Part shown: positions 1-9,630 of the stretch, in pieces | Layout: each line of letters opens with the position of its first letter | Numbering within the stretch: position 1 is the stretch's first letter | NCBI GenBank assembly: GCA_039679285.1 | Contig: JBDKVF010000039.1 | Location: 7,155-39,154 of the forward strand | Origin: Methanobacteriaceae archaeon | Lineage (GTDB): Archaea; Methanobacteriota; Methanobacteria; Methanobacteriales; Methanobacteriaceae | DNA: 32,000 bases | Direction of reading: 5' to 3' | Made by a program: the position numbers and the translations under genes | Notes under the pieces: generated by a model | Seen by the model: only the letters and a program-made list of their open reading frames with translations | Databases searched by the model: none | Told to the model about the DNA's origin: nothing

Positions 1-1
1 T

Positions 2-436
2 GCCCGTAATGACCAACCCTGGCACTTCACCATCATACAAAATAAAGAATTAATGGATTACATCAACTTGGAAGCCAAAAAGGAGATGGCCAAATCACCA
101 GTGGACTGGATGGCAAAGTTGGGGAAAAATGAAAAGTTAAACATATTCCACGACGCACCAACGGTCATAATTGTTTCCGGGAGAAAAGATGCTGTTTCTC
201 CCCTGGTTGATTGTAGTGCCGCCATACAAAACATGCTCATTGCCGCCGAAAGTATGGAAATTGGCTCCTGCTGGATTGGACTGGCTAGGCATTTCTTTAT
301 AAAACCGAAAAATGTGGAAAAATTAGACCTACCCCGGGGTTATGAACCCTACTACGGAGTTTCTTTAGGTTATAAAGCTTCTTACAATAACAGGGCTCCG
401 GAAAGAAACAAAAACGTAACGAACTACATTAAATAA
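2..436 (+). CDS. Nitroreductase-family protein, 5'-truncated by the window edge
   Basis: Frame 2 is open from the window edge. The translation ARNDQPWHFTIIQNKELMDY... carries the nitroreductase-type QPWHF motif and runs into the 53..436 track ORF (…GSCWIGLARHF…). The stop codon is at 434-436. Confidence 0.75.
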   Translation, partial: ARNDQPWHFTIIQNKELMDYINLEAKKEMAKSPVDWMAKLGKNEKLNIFHDAPTVIIVSGRKDAVSPLVDCSAAIQNMLIAAESMEIGSCWIGLARHFFIKPKNVEKLDLPRGYEPYYGVSLGYKASYNNRAPERNKNVTNYIK

Positions 437-863
437 CATTGTTAAATCCTATAATTGGGTATCATATATTAAAGAGATCTTAATCTGCCGAAGAGGATAA
501 TTCTACCGGGATTGAACAAATTCCAACATTTTTAATGTTTACTATAAAACAGATCTGCTAAGGTGATAGCAATTAATAACTAACTATATATATAATGATT
601 AATCATACACATTAATATCAATTTGACATAGCCTTTGTACTGGGTATCATTGTTTTTTAATAGTAAGTGCAGGGGTAGCATTTAATGTGACGATAATAGG
701 GCATCGATCATCATCCTCAAAACTTATTACTGATGCCCTATTATTTTAATATCTGTTAATACTTTTTATCCTACTTTTGATTAATTTTGATCTTCATCTG
801 CAGAAACTTCCATTTCCCCTTTTTCTTTTTATTTTTTTAAAAGAGTTATTGATTCTTGGACAA

Positions 864-1289
864 TCAATCTATAGCTTGCTGATTCTTCCTGAAATTAATT
901 ATTCTTCCAACGATGAGGGGGGCGAATAAATAACTTAGAAGTACGTAGGGCCACAGGTAACCGGCAAATATATTCCAACCCACTAATATCTCTTCTACAG
1001 GCCGGCCTAATAACAAGCTTCCACCCCATTCAAATATTAAAGTTAAAATCAACCATAAAATTCCCACCAGGACCAGATCTTTAGTATTGTACTCATTGGC
1101 ATACAATAACAGTAAATAGGCAAAAACGAAGTTTATAATTATCCTGGTGAGCATTCCAATTTGATGGGCAACAAGTTCACCCCATAAGGGCTGGTAGACA
1201 AGGTTCATTAATACAAAGAAGTTCAAACCTGCCACTATAATTTGCATTAGCCAGGCCCGAATACCTAATTTAAAAAATTCAGCATTCAT
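864..1289 (-). CDS. Hypothetical integral membrane protein (about 4 predicted TM helices)
   Basis: 141-aa ORF made almost entirely of hydrophobic segments (IIVAGLNFFVLMNLV, IINFVFAYLLLLY, LVLVGILWLILTLIF, YLWPYVLLSYLFAPLIVG). The gene is AT-rich and I recognise no family. Confidence 0.55.
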   Translation of the reverse strand: MNAEFFKLGIRAWLMQIIVAGLNFFVLMNLVYQPLWGELVAHQIGMLTRIIINFVFAYLLLLYANEYNTKDLVLVGILWLILTLIFEWGGSLLLGRPVEEILVGWNIFAGYLWPYVLLSYLFAPLIVGRIINFRKNQQAID

Positions 1290-1381
1290 AGTGATTCCTT
1301 CGAATTAATGACAGTTTCTAATATATTTATTGTTGTTTTTTTAGTAAGTTATAGAAACTCCTAGAACCATTATATATTACC

Positions 1382-2137
1382 ATGAAACAGTTTCCACTCA
1401 CCCCGGCGGCAGGTAAAAGACTCATAGCTAAAGCCCTGGCCACTCACCCTGAAATTAAAAGGGCAATAAAATCCGGCACCCTGGTCATAATCGCCGGCAC
1501 CACCAATGGCTACGTGGCCGAGGAGATACTGAAGGGCATGGGTCAGGAAGAGGAATTCTCCAGAAAAAGATTCTTCCGGGGCATAGTGCTGCCCCCAGGA
1601 GCCCCAGTAAATCCGGATGGGCGTTATATTGATGAGGATAAGTTCTTAAGGGATGTAGTAATCTATCAGGGTGTATTGCAGAAGGAAAAGACCATCTTCG
1701 ACGTGGCTGACCAGCTCCAGGAGGGGGATGTCATATTGAAGGGGGTTAACGCCATTAACTTGGATCTTAAACAGGCCGCCATCTACATCGGCCACCCCCA
1801 GGCTGGAACCATCGGTGCCTCCCTACCGGCGGTGGTCGGCCGTCGGGTGAAGCTGATCCTCCCGGTGGGTTTAGAAAAACGGGTCAATACGGATCTTAAC
1901 CAGCTGGCAGTTAAATTAAACCAGCCGGGCCTTAGCGGGCCGCGTCTTTTACCAGTGCCTGGTGAGATCTTCACCGAACTGGAGGCCCTTAAACTCCTCA
2001 CTGGGGCCACAGCCCAATTGGCAGCTGCCGGGGGCGTGGCGGGTGCAGAAGGATCCATCTGGCTGGCCATCGACGGAGATAAAAATGTGGAAAAGGTTTT
2101 AAAGGAAGTTTCCACCGAACCTTCCTTTTCATTGTAG
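1382..2137 (+). CDS. Conserved hypothetical protein (family not recognised)
   Basis: 251-aa ORF with coding-like composition and an ATG start. Its 3' end overlaps the convergent cyclase gene by 9 nt. I could name no diagnostic motif. Confidence 0.6.
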   Translation: MKQFPLTPAAGKRLIAKALATHPEIKRAIKSGTLVIIAGTTNGYVAEEILKGMGQEEEFSRKRFFRGIVLPPGAPVNPDGRYIDEDKFLRDVVIYQGVLQKEKTIFDVADQLQEGDVILKGVNAINLDLKQAAIYIGHPQAGTIGASLPAVVGRRVKLILPVGLEKRVNTDLNQLAVKLNQPGLSGPRLLPVPGEIFTELEALKLLTGATAQLAAAGGVAGAEGSIWLAIDGDKNVEKVLKEVSTEPSFSL

Positions 2138-2809
2138 ATTTTTCAAGCGGGCCAGCACCGTGCAGGGGGCGCTGTCCACATCCTCAATCTGCCAGGGAAA
2201 GACCAGCACCTCATCCACCTGGTCCAGATCCTCCAGTACCTCCAGGTTCAGATCCTCCACCAGGAGCAAAGGACCACCGGGGCCCTCTTTAAAGGCGTTG
2301 AGATGGGCCTTGATACCCAGATCTGCTTTTTGGTAGCTGGAAATGGATATGGTGTCGGTACCCAGGCAACGGACAGAGGGGAACCTTTCACGGATAAAGC
2401 AAACTACATCCGGGCTAACCCCTGGATTCTGGGTTAAATATCGCTCTAAGTCTTCATCCCGATATTCTCCAAATCCTGTGCAAAAGAACAGGCAGTCCAC
2501 CCCATTTAGATCAACTCCCTGGAGGTCTTCCAGGGTGATAAGTTCATTATCATCCTTGGAACAGTCCAGAATCAAAGGATGGGTGAAGATAAGCTCCTCT
2601 GGATGGTACTCTCCAATCTTTTTACCATGGGGAAGGAAATGGGCCGGAGCATCTACATGGGTCCCACTGTGGTTCTCCACCTGAATCAGGAAACTGTTAT
2701 AGCTTTTTCCCTCCCTAATTTGACTGTTAGGCAGAATGGAGGGTGTTAAAAGTCCTTTATGCACCGGTGACTGGTGGGTTAAAGGATAAGATATGGTCTG
2801 GTACTTCAT
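2129..2809 (-). CDS. Putative cyclase / kynurenine-formamidase-like metal hydrolase (PF04199-type)
   Basis: The 226-aa ORF contains the family signature H-x-G-T-H-x-D-x-P-x-H ([14 protein letters not shown]). An SD-like 'ggaggt' lies upstream of the ATG on the minus strand (rc of 2815-2820). Confidence 0.75.
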   Translation of the reverse strand: MKYQTISYPLTHQSPVHKGLLTPSILPNSQIREGKSYNSFLIQVENHSGTHVDAPAHFLPHGKKIGEYHPEELIFTHPLILDCSKDDNELITLEDLQGVDLNGVDCLFFCTGFGEYRDEDLERYLTQNPGVSPDVVCFIRERFPSVRCLGTDTISISSYQKADLGIKAHLNAFKEGPGGPLLLVEDLNLEVLEDLDQVDEVLVFPWQIEDVDSAPCTVLARLKNLQ

Positions 2810-2961
2810 TCGCTGACCTCCTAAAACTCTACTTCCTTATTAATGGGGAAAAATATTAAATGTTGATGTATTATAATTCTTGCATGGATTCCACTTTTTA
2901 GAAACTATCTTTAAAGAGGGACTCTAGAATTAACACTGTAATTATGTGGTATGGTGAATTT

Positions 2962-3294
2962 ATGACTAACGATGATTCCAAGATAAACAAAGAACTTCAA
3001 TCCCGAATGAAAGAGTTCAAAGCAGCCCTGAAAGATGAGACCAAAAAACAGGAATTGCATGATAACATACCTGGATCAGAAATCATGATCCGGGTGGAAG
3101 TATTTTTACCATCCCCCAATCCAGAAGAGTTTGTGGACGGTCTTTTCCTGTACATGGGAGATACCGGGGGCATAGTCAACGCGGAGTACTACTACCGGGA
3201 TATGGCAGAAGTTGAACTCTGTTCTTTGTCTGATGAAGAACTGGAAATAGTTAAAGAACTCTTTAAGGATGATTTCGCCCTGGAAATTGAGTGA
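2962..3294 (+). CDS. Hypothetical small acidic protein
   Basis: The track ORF is 2944..3294. The internal ATG at 2962 is preceded by 'ggtga' (2953-2957), so it is the more likely start. The product is Glu/Asp-rich with no recognisable domain. Confidence 0.45.
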   Translation: MTNDDSKINKELQSRMKEFKAALKDETKKQELHDNIPGSEIMIRVEVFLPSPNPEEFVDGLFLYMGDTGGIVNAEYYYRDMAEVELCSLSDEELEIVKELFKDDFALEIE

Positions 3295-3636
3295 TGACCT
3301 TTATAATGGCTTACTTATCAGTTCTTATAGCTACTCATCTTCCTATATTCTAAAAAAAATTCCAACGGTCTTTTTAGAGCTTAAAATAAGGATAGGAGCC
3401 ATAAATTAATTTTTTTTTGGTGAAAATTAATATAATCCAGAAGAATCAAAAATAGTAATATTAAAAAAACGATCAGGTTTGAAAACTTGTTTACCCTATC
3501 AAGAAGATTCCACCTCTTTTAACCTCGGGTTATAAGCCCTAACTTAACATACTCAGATCTTTAGAAGTGGAAGTTACACCGATTTTTTTTCAAAGCCCTG
3601 ATTTTTATAACCATTGCAACGATTGGAGTGATAAAA

Positions 3637-4143
3637 ATGCGCAGTTTCGAGAGATTAACCTCTCTAAAAGATTATATACCACTTAAAAGGAGCGAATCCG
3701 GAGGAAAAAATATTGGACTTCTGGTGGACGGTCCTAACATGCTTCGTAAAGAATTCAGTCTTAACCTGGACCTGGTGCGGGATATAATAGCTGAATATGG
3801 AAACATGCGGGTGGGTAAGGTTCTTTTGAACCAGTACGCCTCCGACAAACTCATAGAAGCCATAGTTAACCAGGGCTTCACACCCATTGTGGTTGCCGGT
3901 GACACCGACGTCTACATGGCAGTGGAGGCCATGGAACTTATTTACAACCCCAATATCGATGTTATAGCCCTGATGACCCGTGATGCTGATTTTTTACCCA
4001 TAATAAACAAGGCCAAAGAAAACGGCAAAGAGACTATAGTAATTGGTGCGGAGCCCGGTTTCAGCGCTGCCCTGCAGAACTCGGCTGACAGTGCCATAGT
4101 CCTCACCCCTGATAACAACCGTAAAACCCACCGGGGAAAGTAA
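3637..4143 (+). CDS. NYN-domain (LabA / TIGR00288-like) protein, putative ribonuclease
   Basis: The translation [14 protein letters not shown]…[16 protein letters not shown]…[26 protein letters not shown] shows the PIN-like NYN acidic-residue pattern. ATG 3637 follows 'ggagtgat'; the GTG at 3628 called in the track lies inside that SD. Confidence 0.7.
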   Translation: MRSFERLTSLKDYIPLKRSESGGKNIGLLVDGPNMLRKEFSLNLDLVRDIIAEYGNMRVGKVLLNQYASDKLIEAIVNQGFTPIVVAGDTDVYMAVEAMELIYNPNIDVIALMTRDADFLPIINKAKENGKETIVIGAEPGFSAALQNSADSAIVLTPDNNRKTHRGK

Positions 4144-4168
4144 AGATTCATTTTAAGGGGAACCACCT

Positions 4169-5320
4169 ATGCTGGTTAACTCCTCCCGGGATGAAGTTAA
4201 AAGACGAGAGACGGCTCTCCGCTACATTGCCGAGCTGGTGAACCAGAAGGGCCGAGAAAACCTCTTCGACCTCACTGGCCTGGCTGGAGGTTTCCCCCTG
4301 AATAAGGGGGATATAGATCTCCTGGAGACCTACGCCGGTCCGGCTCTGTTTGAGGATGACCTCGATAGGTGGGGGAAAAAACACCTGGGTGGTGAAAAGT
4401 TACTGGCCCTTAACCGCACCAGTAGTGGTATTCTGGCATCCATACTGGCCTTGGTTAGGCCGGGCCAGGAAGTGGTTCACTACTTACCGGAGAAACCATC
4501 CCACCCCTCCATACCCCGCAGTTGCCAGCTGGTAGGTGCATCTTACCGGGAGTACGCAGTGGGAGAAGAGCTGAAAATAGGGGATAATACGTCCCTACTG
4601 GTTATCACCGGGTCTACCATGGACCATCGGGTTTTAAGCCAGGATGACCTGGAGATGGCCATCAATGCCGCCCACCACAGGGGAGTGTTGGTTCTGGTGG
4701 ATGATGCCTCCGGAGCCCGGCTACGCACCGTAATATATGGCCAGCCCCGGGCCACGGATCTGGGTGCTGATCTGGTCATCACCAGCACCGACAAACTAAT
4801 GGAAGGCCCCCGGGGAGGTTTGATGGCCGGTAAAACTTCTTTAATTGATCTTGTTAAGATTAAAGCACACCAATTTGGTTTGGAAGCTCAGCCACCCCTC
4901 ATGGCCGCCATGGCCCGGGCCCTGGAGAAATTCAACCCTGAAAACATCACAATGGCCATGGAGAGAAAGGATCAGCTTCACTCCACCTTAATTCCCGGCT
5001 TAGGCGGGTTAGAGAAAACACCCACCGGGGTGATGCTCACTCCCCAGGCTTTAATGGCCACTATTGGGGTGGAAACTGACCTAACCCCTCAGGATGCGGC
5101 TATGTTACTGGCCATGCTGCTTTTAAAAGAGGAGAACATTTTAACCATCCCGGCGGTGGGAATGCCCGGAGCATCAGCCACCATACGTCTGGATCTGGCC
5201 TCGCCTGATGCGGACCGTTTAAGTGACCAGGCCCTGGCGCAAAAACTCCAGAATGCCATGGAAAGTCTCCGGGTAATAATTAATGACCGGGATGCCTGTC
5301 TTCAGCTGCTTTACCATTGA
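4169..5320 (+). CDS. SelA-like pyridoxal-phosphate-dependent enzyme, MJ0158 / UPF0425 (TIGR03576-type) family
   Basis: 383-aa ORF. The segment DLVITSTDKLMEGPRGGLMAG resembles the PLP-lysine segment of SelA-type fold-I enzymes (S-x-D-K-L-x-G-P), and an upstream VLVDDASGARL motif is present. It starts 25 nt after the NYN gene. Confidence 0.65.
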   Translation: MLVNSSRDEVKRRETALRYIAELVNQKGRENLFDLTGLAGGFPLNKGDIDLLETYAGPALFEDDLDRWGKKHLGGEKLLALNRTSSGILASILALVRPGQEVVHYLPEKPSHPSIPRSCQLVGASYREYAVGEELKIGDNTSLLVITGSTMDHRVLSQDDLEMAINAAHHRGVLVLVDDASGARLRTVIYGQPRATDLGADLVITSTDKLMEGPRGGLMAGKTSLIDLVKIKAHQFGLEAQPPLMAAMARALEKFNPENITMAMERKDQLHSTLIPGLGGLEKTPTGVMLTPQALMATIGVETDLTPQDAAMLLAMLLLKEENILTIPAVGMPGASATIRLDLASPDADRLSDQALAQKLQNAMESLRVIINDRDACLQLLYH

Positions 5321-5345
5321 ATTGATTTTAGATGTGGGGGATGAA

Positions 5346-6347
5346 ATGATAGAGATTGACGGATCCTATGGTGAGGGAGGAGGAGCCATCCTCAGGGTGG
5401 CCACCGCCCTGGCGGCTTTCACAGGGAGATCAGTTCACATAGGTAATATAAGGGCTAACCGACCACAAAAAGGTCTCATGGCCCAGCACCTGCACGCAGT
5501 TAAGGCCGTCAGCCAGCTATCCCAGGCCCGGGTGGAAGGACTGGAAATTGGCTCCGAGAAGATAAAGTTTCATCCCCAGAAACTCACAGGAAAGGACATC
5601 ACTGTGGATATAAAAACTGCAGGAAGCATCAGCCTGGTGCTGCAGGCAGTAATGATCCTGGCGGTGGGAGTTGATAAGCCTTTCCAAGTCACGGTCAGGG
5701 GAGGTACCGATGTGCGCTGGTCCCCCCTTCTGGACTACCTGAAAAATGTCACCCTACCCATCCTGGGCCTAATGGGATACCAGGCCCATCTGGAACTCAA
5801 AAGGAGAGGATACTATCCCCGGGGAGGAGGGTTAGTAAACCTGGAAATAAATCCACCCTTCCCACTTCAGGGTCTTAAACTTAAAAAACTCCAGGTGAAA
5901 CACATTAGGGGTGTTTCCCATGCCACACGCCTTCCGGAACACGTGGCCCAGAGGCAGGCTGATAAAGCCCGGGAAATACTCACCCAAAGGGGTTACGATG
6001 TGGATATACAAGTGGAGGTCAACCAGGATGCACTGGGATCTGGCTCCGGGATCGTGTTGTGGACTGAAGGTCAAGGCCGGGTGGGTGGAAGTGGCCTGGG
6101 AGAAAGGGGTAAGAGGGCTGAAAAGGTAGGCCAGGAGGCTGCCCAGGAACTCTTATTCCACCTGGAAAAAGGAGCCCCATTGGACCGATATTTATCGGAT
6201 CAGATCATCCCCTACCTGGCCCTGGCCGGTGACTCCCGGGTGAAGGTAGCCCAGATAACTCCCCACACCCTGACCAACATCCACGTGGCCGAGAAAATAA
6301 CCGGGGTCCGCTTCCAAGTGGAAGATGAGCTTATCACGGTGGATTGA
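5346..6347 (+). CDS. rtcA: RNA 3'-terminal phosphate cyclase
   Basis: MIEIDGSYGEGGGAILRVATALAA… is the canonical RtcA N-terminus. ATG 5346 is preceded by 'ggggga'. The 5283 start in the track would overlap the upstream gene and add 21 non-conserved residues. Confidence 0.9.
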   Translation: MIEIDGSYGEGGGAILRVATALAAFTGRSVHIGNIRANRPQKGLMAQHLHAVKAVSQLSQARVEGLEIGSEKIKFHPQKLTGKDITVDIKTAGSISLVLQAVMILAVGVDKPFQVTVRGGTDVRWSPLLDYLKNVTLPILGLMGYQAHLELKRRGYYPRGGGLVNLEINPPFPLQGLKLKKLQVKHIRGVSHATRLPEHVAQRQADKAREILTQRGYDVDIQVEVNQDALGSGSGIVLWTEGQGRVGGSGLGERGKRAEKVGQEAAQELLFHLEKGAPLDRYLSDQIIPYLALAGDSRVKVAQITPHTLTNIHVAEKITGVRFQVEDELITVD

Positions 6348-6353
6348 GATAAA

Positions 6354-6374
6354 TTTTTTTAGGAACCCTTTTTT
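6354..6374 (+). terminator. Oligo-T termination signal downstream of rtcA
   Basis: T7 (6354-6360) and T6 (6369-6374) lie directly after the rtcA stop. Archaeal RNAP terminates at oligo-T tracts. Confidence 0.45.
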
Positions 6375-6527
6375 GTGGCTTTCTGCAAACTATTTATACC
6401 ATCACACCCCACTATCAAATAGTCGATATCGGTAACTTGATAAACATTTTAATGGGCTGCAAAATCTAAATAAATGAATTTCAGCCGATTTTTTAAGGAG
6501 ATATCGATATTAGGAGGATAGTAAACC

Positions 6528-7106
6528 ATGTGGAACCAGGAAAATCAGGAAAATTTTCAAGATCTACTACAAAACCGGATAGAAATGGTATCTAAAATGC
6601 AAAAATTTGGAGGATTAAGGATCATGATCCTTCACGTACTGGAGGATGACCCCAAAAATGGTGTGGAAATTATGGATGCCATCCAAAAACACCACGAAGA
6701 ACGGCATAAAATGAGGCAAAATAGTCACAGACATCCCCATCATCATCGAATGAGGGTGCCAGGATCCAAACGGCCTTCACCAGGCTCTATATATCCTATG
6801 CTCAAAAAGATGGTGGACGAAGATCTGGTGAGCAAAGGTGCCGATGGAAGGTACGATTTAACGGCTAATGGACAGGACACAGCCCAAAAAATATTCGGAC
6901 AGTTCCAGGGAATGCACAAACGTCGGCGCTCAATGGTCTTCACCGTGGAAGACGCACTGACCCAGATTGACAGCCACATTTCCTACCTGGAAGATATTAA
7001 GATGGAGAAACTGGCGCCTCATAGAGAACAGATGAGAGTTCTACTGGAAAGGTTTAATAGAGTGATGGATAATCTCCCGGCAGAGTCCAGCGAAGAAAAA
7101 AAATAA
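6528..7106 (+). CDS. PadR-family winged-helix transcriptional regulator with a His-rich insertion
   Basis: MILHVLEDDPKNGVEIMDAI…PSPGSIYPMLKKMVDEDLVS…GRYDLTANG matches the PadR wHTH pattern. The SD 'taggagga' lies upstream of the ATG. Confidence 0.7.
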   Translation: MWNQENQENFQDLLQNRIEMVSKMQKFGGLRIMILHVLEDDPKNGVEIMDAIQKHHEERHKMRQNSHRHPHHHRMRVPGSKRPSPGSIYPMLKKMVDEDLVSKGADGRYDLTANGQDTAQKIFGQFQGMHKRRRSMVFTVEDALTQIDSHISYLEDIKMEKLAPHREQMRVLLERFNRVMDNLPAESSEEKK

Positions 7107-7163
7107 TTATGGGAAGAGCTTATTTGGGCTCTAATTTCCATTTTTTATAGGGATTAAAAGTGT

Positions 7164-8132
7164 TTACCGGGGACGGTGCACACACTCTCCGGATATAACC
7201 TTTTTCAGGGTCCCGTCTTCCAGTTCCAGTATCAGGGCCCCGTCCCGGTTTATTCCCACGGCTTCCCCTACTACTACCCTGCCCTTTTTATGTACCTCCA
7301 CCTTCATTCCAATAGTTTTTGATAGGCGGCGCCATTGAGAGAGTATTTCTGGGAATCCTCCATTTATGAATTCTTCATATTTTTCTTCAAAATTTTTCAG
7401 AAACTTCTGCACGATTTCCACGCCATAGATTTCCTGGTCCAGCTCCATTTTCAGGGAAGTGGCGCCTTTTTTCAACTCATCCGGAAATTGTTCCACATCC
7501 ACGTTGAGGTCAATACCAATTCCAACCACCACGTAGTTCAGGGTTCCCCGGTGAGAATCCACCTCGGTGAGTATGCCGCAAACCTTTTTCTTACCTATCA
7601 GGATGTCGTTGGGCCATTTGATGCCCACGTCCAGTCCAAATTCTTCCTGCAGTGTTTCTGCCACGGCCACTCCCGTTACCAATGTTAACAGGGGGGCCCT
7701 GTAGAGGGGAATGTCGGGGCGGAGTATGATGGTCATCCATACCCCTCCTTCGGGAGAAAGCCATCTTTTCCCTCGACGGGCTTTACCCCTCCGCTGGGCA
7801 CCGGCAATGACTATGGTCCCCTCCGGGGCGCCCTCTTCGGCCAGCTCTATGGCCACTTCGTTGGTGGAGTCCACCTCCTGGAAGTAGCGTATATCATGGC
7901 CAATGTAACTGGTTTGAAGTTGTTCCTGTATTTGGTAGGGCAAAAGAAGGTTGGGAATCTCCACCAGGCGATATTCTTCCTGGGGTGATTGTTCAAATAT
8001 GAAACCATCCTCCTGGAGAGATCTGATTTCATCCCGAAGTTCCTCTAGGCTGATCCCTGCCTGGGATGCTAGTTCTTCTTCTTTCAGGTACTCTCCGTTT
8101 TTTAGGGTTCTTATAATCTTCTTTTTAACCAT
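7164..8132 (-). CDS. birA: Bifunctional biotin-[acetyl-CoA-carboxylase] ligase / biotin operon repressor
   Basis: An N-terminal HTH (KIIRTLKNGEYLKEEELASQAGISLEELRDEIRSLQEDG) is followed by the ligase core (GRGRRGKRWLSPEGG, GIKWPNDIL…KKVCGILTE). The ATG at 8132 (MVKKK…) avoids overlap with pycA. The track start at 8165 is the alternative. Confidence 0.85.
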   Translation of the reverse strand: MVKKKIIRTLKNGEYLKEEELASQAGISLEELRDEIRSLQEDGFIFEQSPQEEYRLVEIPNLLLPYQIQEQLQTSYIGHDIRYFQEVDSTNEVAIELAEEGAPEGTIVIAGAQRRGKARRGKRWLSPEGGVWMTIILRPDIPLYRAPLLTLVTGVAVAETLQEEFGLDVGIKWPNDILIGKKKVCGILTEVDSHRGTLNYVVVGIGIDLNVDVEQFPDELKKGATSLKMELDQEIYGVEIVQKFLKNFEEKYEEFINGGFPEILSQWRRLSKTIGMKVEVHKKGRVVVGEAVGINRDGALILELEDGTLKKVISGECVHRPR

Positions 8133-8145
8133 TTCATCACTTGCC

Positions 8146-9630
8146 CTATTTTTTGTTAGCCACACTGTGGGCCAGGTAACTGTTCACCGCTGCTGAAACC
8201 GCCGCTACCTTGGTTGAGGGGAGGAAGGTTGATTTTAAGCGTTCCACCCTGGCCTGGTCCTCAGCTATAACCTTCTCCATGTTGGCCATGATCTCCTTTT
8301 TGTACTCATCCACGAAGTGGGTGTGCAGCTTGGCTTCCTGGAAGTGTGGGCTGAGCATCATGGACTGGTGGAAGGGTATGGTGGTCTTCACTCCCAGGAT
8401 AACGTACTCCGAAAGAGCCCGGCGCATCCGGTTTATGGCCTCCGGACGACTGTTACCCCAGGCAATGAGTTTAGAGATCATGGAGTCGTAGTAGGGTGGT
8501 ATGGTGTAGTTCATGTACACCCCACTGTCCACCCGGACTCCAAAGCCACCCGGGGATCGGTAACCAGTTATTTTCCCGGGGTTGGGTGTGAAATCTGTCA
8601 GGGGGTCCTCGGCGTTAATACGGCACTCAATGGCATGTCCCCTTACCTTTATATCCTCCTGTTGCCAGTTAAGTTCCTGACCCGCCGCGATCTTAAGCTG
8701 TTCTTTAAGTAGATCCACTCCGGTGACCATCTCGGTGATGGGGTGCTCCACCTGGATCCGGGTGTTCATCTCCAGGAAGTAGAATTCACCCTCCGAGTAG
8801 AGGAACTCCACGGTACCGGCGTTACTATAATCAATGGACGCTGCAGCCTTAACTGCTGCCGAACCCATTTCTTCCCGTAACTCAGGGGTCATGATGGGTG
8901 ATGGTGACTCTTCAATGAGCTTCTGATGCCTTCTCTGGATGGAACACTCCCGGTCAGCCACGTGGATAGTGTGGCCGTGTTCATCGGCCAGGATCTGGAA
9001 CTCTATATGGCGGGGTTCCTCGATGTACTTCTCAATGAAGACGGTAGAATCTCCGAATGCCGATCCCGCCACTGATTGCGTGGATTCCAGGGCCCTTAGG
9101 AGTTCATCCTCCTCGTAGACGGTGCGCATGCCAATACCACCCCCACCAGCCGAGGCCTTAACAATCACCGGGTACCCGATGTCCCTGGCTATTTGCTGGG
9201 CTTCATCAGGGTCGCTAACTCCCCTACTGGTCCCGGGGACCACTGGCACCCCGGCTTTTTCCATGAGCTTCCGGGAGATGATCTTACTACCCATGTCTCT
9301 GATAACCGAGCCCTTCGGTCCAATGAGCTTCAGCCCATTTTTTTCACACTCCTCACCAAACTGGGGATTCTCAGCCAGAAAACCGTAACCAGGATGTATG
9401 GCTTCGGCTCCTGATTCCAGAGCCACATCCATGATGTTGGAAATGTTCAGATAACTCTCGGCCGGGGAGGCACCCCCGATATAATAGGCTTCGTCGGCGT
9501 ATCTGGCAAAGAGCGAATTTTTATCGGCTTCGGAATAGACGGCCACGCTCTTAACTTCCAGCTCCTTACAGGCGCGCATAACCCTTATGGCGATTTCGCC
9601 ACGATTGGCAACTAAGACCTTGTTAAACAT
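8146..9630 (-). CDS. pycA: Pyruvate carboxylase subunit A (biotin carboxylase, ATP-grasp)
   Basis: [24 protein letters not shown]…, [18 protein letters not shown] and [14 protein letters not shown] are classic biotin carboxylase motifs. In methanogens this 494-aa protein is the PycA subunit. Confidence 0.9.
   Translation of the reverse strand: MFNKVLVANRGEIAIRVMRACKELEVKSVAVYSEADKNSLFARYADEAYYIGGASPAESYLNISNIMDVALESGAEAIHPGYGFLAENPQFGEECEKNGLKLIGPKGSVIRDMGSKIISRKLMEKAGVPVVPGTSRGVSDPDEAQQIARDIGYPVIVKASAGGGGIGMRTVYEEDELLRALESTQSVAGSAFGDSTVFIEKYIEEPRHIEFQILADEHGHTIHVADRECSIQRRHQKLIEESPSPIMTPELREEMGSAAVKAAASIDYSNAGTVEFLYSEGEFYFLEMNTRIQVEHPITEMVTGVDLLKEQLKIAAGQELNWQQEDIKVRGHAIECRINAEDPLTDFTPNPGKITGYRSPGGFGVRVDSGVYMNYTIPPYYDSMISKLIAWGNSRPEAINRMRRALSEYVILGVKTTIPFHQSMMLSPHFQEAKLHTHFVDEYKKEIMANMEKVIAEDQARVERLKSTFLPSTKVAAVSAAVNSYLAHSVANKK

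Noticed and set aside
3295-3636. A 340-nt AT-rich intergenic region, considered as a possible replication origin or ncRNA locus.
   Set aside because: I found no repeated ORB-like elements and no adjacent cdc6/orc1 gene. It has only homopolymer A/T runs and one trivial 6-bp inverted pair (ttccac / gtggaa). It is most simply the promoter region of the NYN-PLP-rtcA operon.
5283-5345. N-terminal 21-codon extension of the rtcA ORF as given in the track (MTGMPVFSCFTIELILDVGDE).
   Set aside because: It would overlap the upstream PLP-enzyme gene by 38 nt. The conserved RtcA N-terminus (MIEIDGS…) starts at ATG 5346, right after a 'ggggga' SD.
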